DNA from: Candidatus Hadarchaeota archaeon | GTDB lineage: Archaea > Hadarchaeota > Hadarchaeia > Hadarchaeales > JAGGTB01 | Direction: 5' to 3' | NCBI GenBank assembly: GCA_964384105.1 | Contig: CAYLJV010000001.1 | Span: forward strand, 576,001-640,000 | DNA length: 64,000 bases | In this document: piece after piece, positions 9,474-18,101 of the stretch | Position numbering within the stretch: position 1 is the first letter of the stretch | Layout: each line of letters begins with the position of its first letter | The notes under the pieces: model-generated | What the model was told of the DNA's origin: nothing | Seen by the model: only the letters and a program-made list of their open reading frames with translations | Database searches by the model: none | Translations under genes and position numbers: made by a program

Positions 9474-9655
9474 AAGTTAAAAGATAGCCCGAATTTGATG
9501 ATTGTTTTTATGTTCGTAATAGAAGATAGAATTCAAAAAGGTGAGGTAATCAGTTTAGATACCTGAAGATTTCAAGATTTGAAGACTCTTTAGGATAAGG
9601 CAGTTCTTTACCAAGTTTTTTGAATGCGGTTTATTTTGGGTAGTCTATGGCAGAA

Positions 9656-9916
9656 TTACTCTTTGGTTTCCATGAGATTTAATTCTTTGAGTTCACTGAG
9701 TATTTCATCGAGAGCTTCCTGAATTTCGTTCCTGTTTTGATTGGATGCGGCGTTTATTTCTTTTATCAGGTCGTCCTTTGTAGTTTCTCCATCGCATCTT
9801 TGCCAGATGGAAATTACGGTATCGTCTGCCGGGAACGCTTTTTCATTTTCGTTAACCAATAAGAGCTCTCCTTCACCACTCTCGCTAATTTTGCCCTTTC
9901 TTTGAAGTTTTGGCAT
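9656..9916 (-). CDS. stand-alone PqqD-family (RRE-like) protein
   Basis: Three beta strands, then IWQRCDG-T..DLI..I....E....L..L....L; the PqqD winged-helix pattern. Confidence 0.8.
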   Translation of the reverse strand: MPKLQRKGKISESGEGELLLVNENEKAFPADDTVISIWQRCDGETTKDDLIKEINAASNQNRNEIQEALDEILSELKELNLMETKE

Positions 9917-10088
9917 TATATTTCTCCTTTATGATGACACTAAAAATTTGATTCCAACTCTTTTTAGTTTTGGGTACTCCAGTGTTTCAGTAGTAGTTTT
10001 ATCTACTAGATAAGAGGAAATTTTCAGAAATTTTTTTTAGAAAACTGATCTGGACCTCGAGGTTTTTAATCTTATACAAGTTTTATAG

Positions 10089-10835
10089 TCATTCTGGGTC
10101 GCTCTTTGACAGGTATCCCAGCCCGAGGTAAATAGCTGCAATGACAATCAATGCGGGAGTTAAATAGTAGTATACCCACCCCCAAGGGTTGGCAACATCC
10201 GTAGCAAGCAGTTTACCTGCGTTTGCTAGGTCGTAGAGGCTGAAATGCACGTCAGAAAAAGGGAAAAGCCACCACACGTCGAAATCATAAGTTATGGAAT
10301 CTGCGAATATGTGAAACAAGTATCCCAGAAACGTAATTGAAAATAGAGGCAAAAATTTTGTTTCAAATTTTTTGAGTTGGAATTGAGTTTTATTTCTCAC
10401 AATTTCGCCGATCGAGTTCAAAATTCGAGGAAGTATGAGGGCCACCAATGCGGACAGAAGTATCGCAAAAAAAGGAGCGTGCCAGAAGTTATGTGGTCTA
10501 AAGGGAGAGGACATGGAAGGGACTTCCGTGAAAAAACCCAAAAATCGGTCTGCACTGTGTGACTGTCCTGCCACGAATACTGTGGACAGAGAAAGTAGAA
10601 ATAGTTTAAAAAATGGTTTTTTCCCAGTCCAAGCCATATAGAGTATATAGAAAATAATAATGTATGCCAAAAAGCCAGTGAAGCTTACGAAATTCATCGA
10701 AAGATCGAATACAAGGTATCCTATCGCCACCGCGGCTCCGTACATCAGGAGAGCCTTCATTGCGAATCGATAGGACGATATTCCGAAGGGTGTGATGAGG
10801 AGGATGGCAAAGAGGAGGTGGTTCAGATTATCCAT
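10089..10835 (-). CDS. membrane-bound metal-dependent hydrolase (YdjM/DUF457-like)
   Basis: N-terminal His, HNFWHAP, GYLFHIFADSIT and WLFPFS motifs within TM helices. Confidence 0.75.
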   Translation of the reverse strand: MDNLNHLLFAILLITPFGISSYRFAMKALLMYGAAVAIGYLVFDLSMNFVSFTGFLAYIIIFYILYMAWTGKKPFFKLFLLSLSTVFVAGQSHSADRFLGFFTEVPSMSSPFRPHNFWHAPFFAILLSALVALILPRILNSIGEIVRNKTQFQLKKFETKFLPLFSITFLGYLFHIFADSITYDFDVWWLFPFSDVHFSLYDLANAGKLLATDVANPWGWVYYYLTPALIVIAAIYLGLGYLSKSDPE

Positions 10836-11000
10836 GGCAACTCGTTTGATCCTTTGAGATTCTAACGTTTTATTTTTGTGAGTTTTGCGCCTCTTTGAGT
10901 GATTAATTTGATTTAATTTATTTCAGAAAGTTATTGGAAAAACTACCAATCGACTTTGATAATCTATTGGCCGTCTTTCGACTTTCTACAGCTTCCTTGA

Positions 11001-11228
11001 TTACATTACTATGTTTGTGGTAGTCTTTTTTACTCCGTCCGTTCCCCTAATTTTTTCGACGACTTCGTCTCTGAGTGTAGATATGTTTTCGGCTTCGGCA
11101 TGAACTATAATATCGTATGGTCCTGTGAGCATGTCTGTATCCTTCACGGACTTCAGTTTTCTAAGACTTTCGACGACTTCTCGCATTTTACCAACCTCGG
11201 TATTTATTAAAATATAGGCTCTAACCAA
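11001..11228 (-). CDS. Lrp/AsnC ligand-binding (RAM) domain protein
   Basis: AYILIN...TGPYDII...IRGTDGVKKTTT. Confidence 0.9.
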   Translation of the reverse strand: MVRAYILINTEVGKMREVVESLRKLKSVKDTDMLTGPYDIIVHAEAENISTLRDEVVEKIRGTDGVKKTTTNIVM

Positions 11229-11402
11229 TTGATACCCTCCACTTAATATTCGACAATCAACTCCTTATATTTTTGTAGTATTCCAATCTGTTTTCTTAGT
11301 TAGTATTCTTCGAGTTTTGATATTTTTTCTTGAAATTGCCGTGAATTTAGTTTCGGCTATGAATAGAAATAGGATCTAAACTAGAAAATTACATTTACTC
11401 TT

Positions 11403-11750
11403 ATGAGAATAAACGAGTTGAAGTGGTGTAGCTTTGTGATCTGCGAGATGTGTAGTGGAAAGGTCCCAGAAGGTGCAAACTATTGTCCGAGTTGTGGTGC
11501 CCGAGTAGACCTAGTAAGAAAAGAAAAAATTTTGGTCTCTGCAGACGATCTGGTGAGCGAGGTTAAAGAGTTAATACACGAGGGAAACGTTACGAGGATC
11601 GTGATACGAGATGAAGGAGGAAAGGTACTTTTAGACATGCCTGTTACCGTCGGAGTCTTAGGTTTCATGCTAGCTCCTTGGCTCGCAGCGGTAGGGGCGG
11701 TAGCCGCATTGGCTACTAAATGCACTATAGTGGTAGAGAGACTGGAATGA
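11403..11750 (+). CDS. zinc-ribbon + DUF4342 protein
   Basis: CxxC...YCPSCG followed by VKELIHEGNVTRIVI...PVTVG...AP (DUF4342). Confidence 0.85.
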   Translation: MRINELKWCSFVICEMCSGKVPEGANYCPSCGARVDLVRKEKILVSADDLVSEVKELIHEGNVTRIVIRDEGGKVLLDMPVTVGVLGFMLAPWLAAVGAVAALATKCTIVVERLE

Positions 11751-11812
11751 CGTCTGTTGGGGGAGAAATATCACGTTATCTAACTGGGTTGGTCTCTGCT
11801 TTTCTCTGATTC

Positions 11813-11986
11813 TCACGATAAGATGGAGTTTTGTTTCATTATATCGTTAGGATTCTCTTTTTCACAGAGAAGTCTACCGCAGTATGGGCAGTATTCCTGG
11901 GGCTCATCACAGTCTATTTCCCGTACTATTTTACCGCATTGGCATCTGTACTTCTTTCTAATTGGTATTTCCTGTTTATAAGGCAA
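11813..11986 (-). CDS. small zinc-ribbon protein (57 aa; not in ORF track)
   Basis: SD GGAGG, then TTG: MPYKQEIPIRKKYRCQCGKIVREIDCDEPQEYCPYCGRLLC... Confidence 0.65.
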   Translation of the reverse strand: MPYKQEIPIRKKYRCQCGKIVREIDCDEPQEYCPYCGRLLCEKENPNDIMKQNSILS

Positions 11987-12257
11987 AGAAACCCGCCTCC
12001 GAGACCTGCTTATTTCTATCTAGCCGGCATCCTGTTAAAAGGCTTTCCGGTTCTTACCATTCGGCTTATTTGAATTCGAGGTAGAGTTTTACTACATAGA
12101 TCTCTTTCTTATGTTTTTTATTTGAATGAATTGAATTAATCAAAAAAGAGTGTGACTGGGGCTTACTAATAATAGGTCTCTCAAGTTTTGAACTGCTTAT
12201 AAGATTGCATTAGAGCTCTCTTCACATGAGAATTTCGTAAAGAGAATTTTAGAGGAG

Positions 12258-13142
12258 GTGAAATTTGTGGAGTATAGTCCTTATCCTAAAGGGAAAGGAA
12301 AAGTAAAATGGGTTTCTACAGATTGGCTCGAAAAGAATCTAGAAGATAAAAATTTAATGGTTATGGACATTCAACCTGATATACACGATTATATAACAGA
12401 ACATATCCCAGAATCAGTATATTTTAACCAGCGTTTGCTTCGTGTGCCTATGAATGGAAGGCCCGGTGTTTACGTTCCTGAAAAGGTGATCGAATCACTC
12501 TTTAATAGAATTGGTCTCGTGGCTGATACACCAGTTGTTGTTTATACAGGTGTGGGTGATTTCAGGGGGTGGGGCGATGGTTTGGAACAGACTATGATGG
12601 CATATTCATTAGCCAGATTTGGACATGACAATATTTACGTTTTGGACGGTGGTCTCGATAAATGGAAAAATGAAGATAAAGAACTTACCAAAAAATTTCC
12701 GCAAATAAAAAAATCCGATTTTGATGTCGATGTACGCGAGAATTACAAGGCAGATATGAAAGAAGTTAAGGAAACAAAAGATGATGACGATGTAATCCTG
12801 CTGGATGCTAGGCCACCTGAGATGTATGAGCAACAGTCGATATGGCCAAAGCCTGGTCACATACCTGGAGCTGTGAATCTTCCTTGGAAGAGTCTTATGT
12901 CAGAAGATAATCCTAAGCTTCTGAAACCGGAGAATGAGCTAAAAGATATCCTCGATGAAAAAGAAGTAACAAAGGATAAGAAAATTATTTGTTCTTGTGG
13001 AACTGGAAGAGAAGCCACCAATGAGTTTATTTTACTCAGGTGGTATTTTGATTTTCAGGAAGTTAAGAACTACGAGGGTTCATTTACTGAGTGGGCTGCT
13101 TATCCCGAGAATCCGGTAGTTACTGGAAAGGAACCGTATTAG
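12258..13142 (+). CDS. tandem-domain rhodanese / thiosulfate sulfurtransferase
   Basis: VSTDWL, HIP, LDGG, DARP, GHIPGA, active loop CGTGREA, YEGSFTEW. Confidence 0.93.
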   Translation: MKFVEYSPYPKGKGKVKWVSTDWLEKNLEDKNLMVMDIQPDIHDYITEHIPESVYFNQRLLRVPMNGRPGVYVPEKVIESLFNRIGLVADTPVVVYTGVGDFRGWGDGLEQTMMAYSLARFGHDNIYVLDGGLDKWKNEDKELTKKFPQIKKSDFDVDVRENYKADMKEVKETKDDDDVILLDARPPEMYEQQSIWPKPGHIPGAVNLPWKSLMSEDNPKLLKPENELKDILDEKEVTKDKKIICSCGTGREATNEFILLRWYFDFQEVKNYEGSFTEWAAYPENPVVTGKEPY

Positions 13143-13224
13143 ATTGGTTAAAACTTTCAGACCTTTTCTTTTTTTATTTTTAATAGATCGTATGAGTTAA
13201 GTAGATTAATGAGAAGGTGAAAAT

Positions 13225-13860
13225 TTGGTAACAAAAATTTTGGTTACTTTCTACTCTTCTTACGGTCATATATACAAGCTTGCTCAGTCGGTGAAAGAGG
13301 GTGTCAATAAAGTAGAGGATACGAGGGTTAAAATGAGACGGATACCCGAGCTTCAAGAAGCTAAAAAGAGGTTGAGTGGTAATGAGGCTTATCAGAAGGC
13401 CCAGAAGGAACAGGCCGAAATACCCGAAGTATCCCTAGACGACCTCAGGGGGGCTGATGGTGTATGTTGGGGAACTCCAACTAGATATGGCAATATGGCA
13501 TCTCAGGTGAAACAATTCCTTGATTCTACTGGTGAGTTATGGCAGGAGGGCGCCCTTGAAGATAAGCCTGCTGGGATATTTACTTCCACGGCTACTATTC
13601 ACGGAGGACAGGAAACTACTATAATATCGTCTCTTATACCACTGATGCATTTAGGGATGGTAATAGTCGGAACACCCTACGGCCAGAATCCTCAGATAAG
13701 GACAATTGAGGCGATAGGTGGTTCTCCTTATGGACCCTCTACGATAGTAGGTCTCGATGGGAGTAGACAGCCTGTCGAAAAAGAATTGGAAACAGCACGC
13801 AACTTAGGCACTCGAGTTGCAAAGGTAGCTAAAAACCTAAAAAAGATGCGAGAAAGTTAA
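13225..13860 (+). CDS. wrbA: NAD(P)H:quinone oxidoreductase WrbA
   Basis: FYSSYGH, GTPTRYG, HGGQETT, GGSPYG. Confidence 0.93.
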   Translation: MVTKILVTFYSSYGHIYKLAQSVKEGVNKVEDTRVKMRRIPELQEAKKRLSGNEAYQKAQKEQAEIPEVSLDDLRGADGVCWGTPTRYGNMASQVKQFLDSTGELWQEGALEDKPAGIFTSTATIHGGQETTIISSLIPLMHLGMVIVGTPYGQNPQIRTIEAIGGSPYGPSTIVGLDGSRQPVEKELETARNLGTRVAKVAKNLKKMRES

Positions 13861-13920
13861 TTTATCTGTTTTTATGTTCTTATTTTAGAAATTAAGGACT
13901 TAGGACATAAATTTTAATTT

Positions 13921-14187
13921 TTAGAGTTTTGAACAAACACTTTCCATAAATTTCAAGGCTTTTATCATTTCTTTTCCTTTTTTTGTGACCCGATAGCTTT
14001 CATCCCCCTTGTCGTTCTTACTTTCGTATTTTTCAATGTAACCATCTTCAATGAGAACGGAGAGGTATTTTTCTGCCATGTACCAATCGAGGTTGGCAAA
14101 TCTGATAATTTGGGTTTTTTTGCAGTCTCTTTTTTCGTTAACAGTTTCAAAAATGTCTAACAGGATTTCGCAAGTGCTTCTAGTCAT
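13921..14187 (-). CDS. archaeal winged-helix protein (HTH_45-like)
   Basis: R...EI..DI...KTQII..ANL...YL..L...G.I...YRVTKKG. Confidence 0.85.
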   Translation of the reverse strand: MTRSTCEILLDIFETVNEKRDCKKTQIIRFANLDWYMAEKYLSVLIEDGYIEKYESKNDKGDESYRVTKKGKEMIKALKFMESVCSKL

Positions 14188-14385
14188 TTTTCTTGAATGT
14201 AGGCAAACTACATAGATTTCCTACATTTAGTATTATTAAGAAGTATCAAATATAAGAATTCAAGCGATCGGAGCTTATTTCGTCTAAAAGAAAAATTTCG
14301 GCCTTAATTGAGAAACAGTAACGATTACTAATCGCTAATCTATTGTTATTGGTTCGAATTAAATGAGAATTGAGGAGGTGAAAAA

Positions 14386-14913
14386 ATGGTTATTAATGTA
14401 ATTAAGAGGGATGGTGAGGAAGAACCTTTTGAGAAGAATAAGATAGTTGATTCTATAGTTAATGCAGGTGCGCCAAAGAAAGTTGCAAAAGAGATAGCAT
14501 CGGAAGTTGAGGATTCGGTTGGTGAGCTCGTATCTACTGAAGAAATAAGAAATATGGTGTTGGCTAGGCTTAAGAAGAGACATAAAAAGTCGGTTGAAGA
14601 GTGGATAAATTACGAAACGGAAGAAAAAGCTAGGGCAAACGTATGTCCTTTGGCTGATATTTATCATGACGGGGAAAAGTATACCTTCAGAATAGATCTT
14701 CCTGGTGTTTCAAAGGATGAAATAGATTTCAAGATGACAGAAAATGCTTTTTGTCTTACTGCGCCGAAGAAGGCTACTAAGTATTGCGGTTGCTGGACCT
14801 TGCATCACAAGGTTGATATTGAGAAGGCCAAGGCTAAGTTCGAGGATGGAGAATTAACTGTTACAGTGCCTTTGGTTAAGTCCCTTGAAGGAAAGAAGAT
14901 CGAGATCGAATAA
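14386..14913 (+). CDS. ATP-cone domain fused to an Hsp20/alpha-crystallin domain
   Basis: N-half VIKRDGEEEPFEKNKI...VSTEEIRNMV (ATP cone); C-half DLPGVSKDEI...AKAKFEDGELTVTVP...KKIEIE (sHsp with IxI motif). No stop between them; SD GAGGTGA. Confidence 0.9.
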   Translation: MVINVIKRDGEEEPFEKNKIVDSIVNAGAPKKVAKEIASEVEDSVGELVSTEEIRNMVLARLKKRHKKSVEEWINYETEEKARANVCPLADIYHDGEKYTFRIDLPGVSKDEIDFKMTENAFCLTAPKKATKYCGCWTLHHKVDIEKAKAKFEDGELTVTVPLVKSLEGKKIEIE

Positions 14914-15001
14914 ATACTAATTTCTTGGATTAAGAAATTGGTATATAGTGGGGACCAAACCAGTTATCTTGGTTTTTTCTCTTTCTATTTTTCTAAATAG
15001 T

Positions 15002-15631
15002 CTAGAATATCGGTTTTCCAAGGCCATTTGAAGATGCCTCACATAGATTGTATTCAAGAACCAGTTCACCCGTCTTAGTATCATAAACTTCTATTGTATC
15101 CTGGAAAACTACGTATTTTGGAACACCGCTTTCGTAATTTCCCATCAAGAATGGGTAAACATCACCTGCTGGATAAGCGCCTTCGTTACGATACTCCCCC
15201 CATTTTTCTTGATTATTGCTTACTCTCATGATTTTGGCGGACTCCTTTATTCTATATCTAGTATCTGGATCAGTAGTTTGCTCATTCCATCCCGCTCTCG
15301 TTAGCCAACCGAATCTAGTCGTCACCTCATAATCATCGCTATACCAAGTGAAATGATTGAAGCACCATGCACCTATCGATGAGTCTCCTGTGGGGTTCCA
15401 GTCCTCGGACCATTTCATTACAAGCCAAGAATCCTGAGTTCCCGGAAGCCATCCTCCCTCTATCTCCATATCATAGTATCCTAGCCATCCGTTGAACAGT
15501 CTGGCCTTATAATTGAATCCGTATTCGTCGAAACCATTTCTATAATAAGTTGATTTTTCTGCTGTTGATGTTTCTATTCCTATTCCGGCAATTACTATCA
15601 AAATTAGTCCCAGAACAAGGTATTTTTTCAT
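15002..15631 (-). CDS. secreted hypothetical protein, Trp/Tyr-rich
   Basis: Signal peptide; GFDEYGFNYKARLFNG, LVMKWS and AWCFNH motifs. Confidence 0.75.
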   Translation of the reverse strand: MKKYLVLGLILIVIAGIGIETSTAEKSTYYRNGFDEYGFNYKARLFNGWLGYYDMEIEGGWLPGTQDSWLVMKWSEDWNPTGDSSIGAWCFNHFTWYSDDYEVTTRFGWLTRAGWNEQTTDPDTRYRIKESAKIMRVSNNQEKWGEYRNEGAYPAGDVYPFLMGNYESGVPKYVVFQDTIEVYDTKTGELVLEYNLCEASSNGLGKPIF

Positions 15632-15819
15632 TTTTTACCTCTTTTAATCTCAGAAATCGGAATTGTTAGTGCACCTGTAAATTCTTTAACAGGTCTCTTT
15701 ATAAATTTAGTAGAAATTGTAGTTCTTAACAAAAGTTATCCAAGTAATGTCTAAAAGAGATTAATTCATTCGATTTACTTAACTATATAAGTTCACTAAA
15801 TCTTTCTTTAAAAGGTAAT

Positions 15820-16566
15820 ATGAAAATTTTGCACGTTGACGACGAAGCGGATATTCTAGAACAGTCGAAGATATATCTCGAGGCGGAGGACGATCGACTG
15901 GACGTTAGGACAGCTATCTCTGCTGAAAAGGGTTTGAAGATGTTGGAGCGGGGAGATTTCGATGCGGTAATCTCGGATTATCAAATGCCCGGCTTAAATG
16001 GCCTGGAATTTTTGGATATTATTAGAAATCAGGAAAAGAGTGACATTCCTTTTATAGTGTTTACTGGAAGAGGCAGAGAGGAAGTTGCCATTAGAGCTCT
16101 TAATCTCGGTGCAAATAGGTATATTCAAAAAGGTGGGGACCCGAAGCCTCAGTTCGTTGTTTTGGCGCGGTCAGTTGTTCAGGAAGTAGAGAGCAGACTG
16201 ATGAGAAGGAGATTCAAGGATTTCTTTGAGAATCTTCCCTATATGGCATTTATTATCAATAGTTCGGGAATAGTGGAGGAGTTGAATAATTCTTTTATTC
16301 AAAGTACTGGGTACAAGAAGGAAGAGATAGTAGGAAAACCGATGGTCAGGTTAGTAAATATAATACCGTTTAAAAGTTTACTAAAGTCTGTCCGTAAATT
16401 CTACGAATTTTTACAAAACAATGAGATCTCTCCCTTTGAAATAGAATACAAACATAAAAGTGGGGAGATCCGACGTCTAGAAATTAATGCTGTTAGTATG
16501 GGTAATGACAAGGAGTTAGATCGAGTAATCGGTGTTGCTCGAGATATAACCGATGATAATGAGTAA
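15820..16566 (+). CDS. response-regulator receiver + PAS protein (no output domain)
   Basis: LHVDD, SDYQMP, FTG and QK receiver motifs; PAS with TGY..EE.VGK, KSGE and GVARDIT. Confidence 0.9.
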   Translation: MKILHVDDEADILEQSKIYLEAEDDRLDVRTAISAEKGLKMLERGDFDAVISDYQMPGLNGLEFLDIIRNQEKSDIPFIVFTGRGREEVAIRALNLGANRYIQKGGDPKPQFVVLARSVVQEVESRLMRRRFKDFFENLPYMAFIINSSGIVEELNNSFIQSTGYKKEEIVGKPMVRLVNIIPFKSLLKSVRKFYEFLQNNEISPFEIEYKHKSGEIRRLEINAVSMGNDKELDRVIGVARDITDDNE

Positions 16567-16591
16567 GACTATTTTCCTCAGATTTTGGTCT

Positions 16592-17599
16592 TTATTTCAA
16601 CCCTTCACTTATGAGGTGAAATTTTAACCCGTATTCGAGGCCTTCTAAGTATGCGGCGATGTCCACCGATCTGACTTTAGGAGCAATTTCCTTTATTTCT
16701 TGGTATTTCTTTTCCCATTCCTCTAATAGATGGTTTCTGACTCCTGAACTTTCTATTTTATCGATATCTTTTTCTTTGATCTCTTCATGCAGGCTTTCGG
16801 GAGAGATAGTTCCATTAATGACAGCGTGTCCAAATATGCCGGAGCTATAATCTCTTTCTTTAAATTCTCTTTTCCAGGTGGTTAACCAGTTTCCGATCCT
16901 GGCCATGTATTGCGATCTCCAGACTATCTCTCGGAGGAGTGGTAAGTCTTGGACTTCGAAATCCGGAGATGACATTATATCAATATCGGTTTGAGGAAAT
17001 AGAACCATGTTATGTCCTCCGTATATTTTGGATTCGGTAAGATTTAGCAGGAATGGGTTATTATTTACTAATATTGAGTGATAAAAGGAGTTAAAAACCT
17101 GTTTCATATCATAACGGAATATATTTTTGAATTCTCTAAATCTAGGTAATTTTTTTATCTTTCGTTCTATTTTATCCCATAATTTGGTAGTAAACTCTAT
17201 TTCCTTTTTTTCTAGCGCTTTTTTTGTGCCGATTCTTTTTTTCGGGGTTCCTAGCTGGAATCCTATTCCGCTTTCGAACAGTTCTTCTACTTTATAGAGG
17301 TCAGCCAAATCGTCGAAAATCGAGACAAAAAGAACCAACATGGTTTTTAGTTCGCCTAGTTCCTGAGTATATTCATCGGGTACTACCGAAAGTACGATCC
17401 CAGGGTTTCTTTCCGTAGTAAATGTATATACCCATTTCCAGAGGAATCGTTTTCTGTCACCACATTTATCCTCGTATTCGGCTATCAGATTTTCTAATTC
17501 TCCGGGAAGTTTTCTCTCCTTTATTTTATTAACTAGTTCATCTGCCCGTTTGGACTTGGCGAACCCAATTGTTTCTTCTATTGCTCTGCTTTCTATCAT
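16592..17599 (-). CDS. class I terpene synthase / isoprenoid-synthase-fold protein
   Basis: Alpha-helical; DDLAD (DDxxD) and RIGNWLTTWKRE (NSE/DTE-like) motifs. Confidence 0.65.
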   Translation of the reverse strand: MIESRAIEETIGFAKSKRADELVNKIKERKLPGELENLIAEYEDKCGDRKRFLWKWVYTFTTERNPGIVLSVVPDEYTQELGELKTMLVLFVSIFDDLADLYKVEELFESGIGFQLGTPKKRIGTKKALEKKEIEFTTKLWDKIERKIKKLPRFREFKNIFRYDMKQVFNSFYHSILVNNNPFLLNLTESKIYGGHNMVLFPQTDIDIMSSPDFEVQDLPLLREIVWRSQYMARIGNWLTTWKREFKERDYSSGIFGHAVINGTISPESLHEEIKEKDIDKIESSGVRNHLLEEWEKKYQEIKEIAPKVRSVDIAAYLEGLEYGLKFHLISEGLK

Positions 17600-17707
17600 T
17601 TTTGTCGATCTCTCTACCTACTTAGGGCTTTTTATTTGTAAAAGAGAGGGAAACATAAGTTCGTACATGGGGTAATGTTTTTTTAAGTAGGTGCTGTAAT
17701 TTCTCTT

Positions 17708-18028
17708 GTGATAGATTTGTATTTGCAGTTTCTTCCTCACTTTGGAATCGCGATAGGAGCTCTTATTCTGTTGCCATTTATTTGGCTAATAATCGGCATT
17801 ATACTTAGTATTCTCGTCTATAAAGATGCGGAGTCGAGAGGAGAAAACGGTGCTCTATGGCTTTTAGTGGTTTTAATAACAGGAATAATTGGTTTGATAA
17901 TTTGGTTAATTGTGAGGCCTAGAAAAAAGCCTATAGGAAGGGAGAAAGGGGTAAAATATTGCTCGGAATGCGGTAGTAGAGTGACCGTGGGCGATAAGTA
18001 TTGTAAGGAATGTGGGAACGAGTTATAG
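17708..18028 (+). CDS. membrane protein (PLDc_N-like) with a C-terminal double zinc ribbon
   Basis: VYKDAESRG..ALW...GLIIWLIVRP followed by CSECG...CKECG. Confidence 0.8.
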   Translation: MIDLYLQFLPHFGIAIGALILLPFIWLIIGIILSILVYKDAESRGENGALWLLVVLITGIIGLIIWLIVRPRKKPIGREKGVKYCSECGSRVTVGDKYCKECGNEL

Positions 18029-18101
18029 CACTATGGTAGGAAAAACTAAAACCTTATATTTATGCATCAGACTGAGACCATAGTTGAATTTGATTGGTAT
18101 T

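Noticed and set aside
9495-9566. Possible C/D-box sRNA (TTGATGA ... CTGA)
   Set aside because: No convincing internal D'/C' boxes or terminal stem, and the sequence is AT-rich; likely a chance match.
11831-12073. 80-aa plus-strand hydrophobic ORF from the track
   Set aside because: The opposite strand encodes a better-supported zinc-ribbon protein with a clear SD.
14317-14350. Heat-shock operator-like sequences (AGTAA-CGA-TTACT; CTAAT-n5-GTTAT) upstream of the ATP-cone-Hsp20 gene
   Set aside because: Short, with two mismatches to the HSR1 motif, and not repeated at cdc48; cannot be distinguished from chance.
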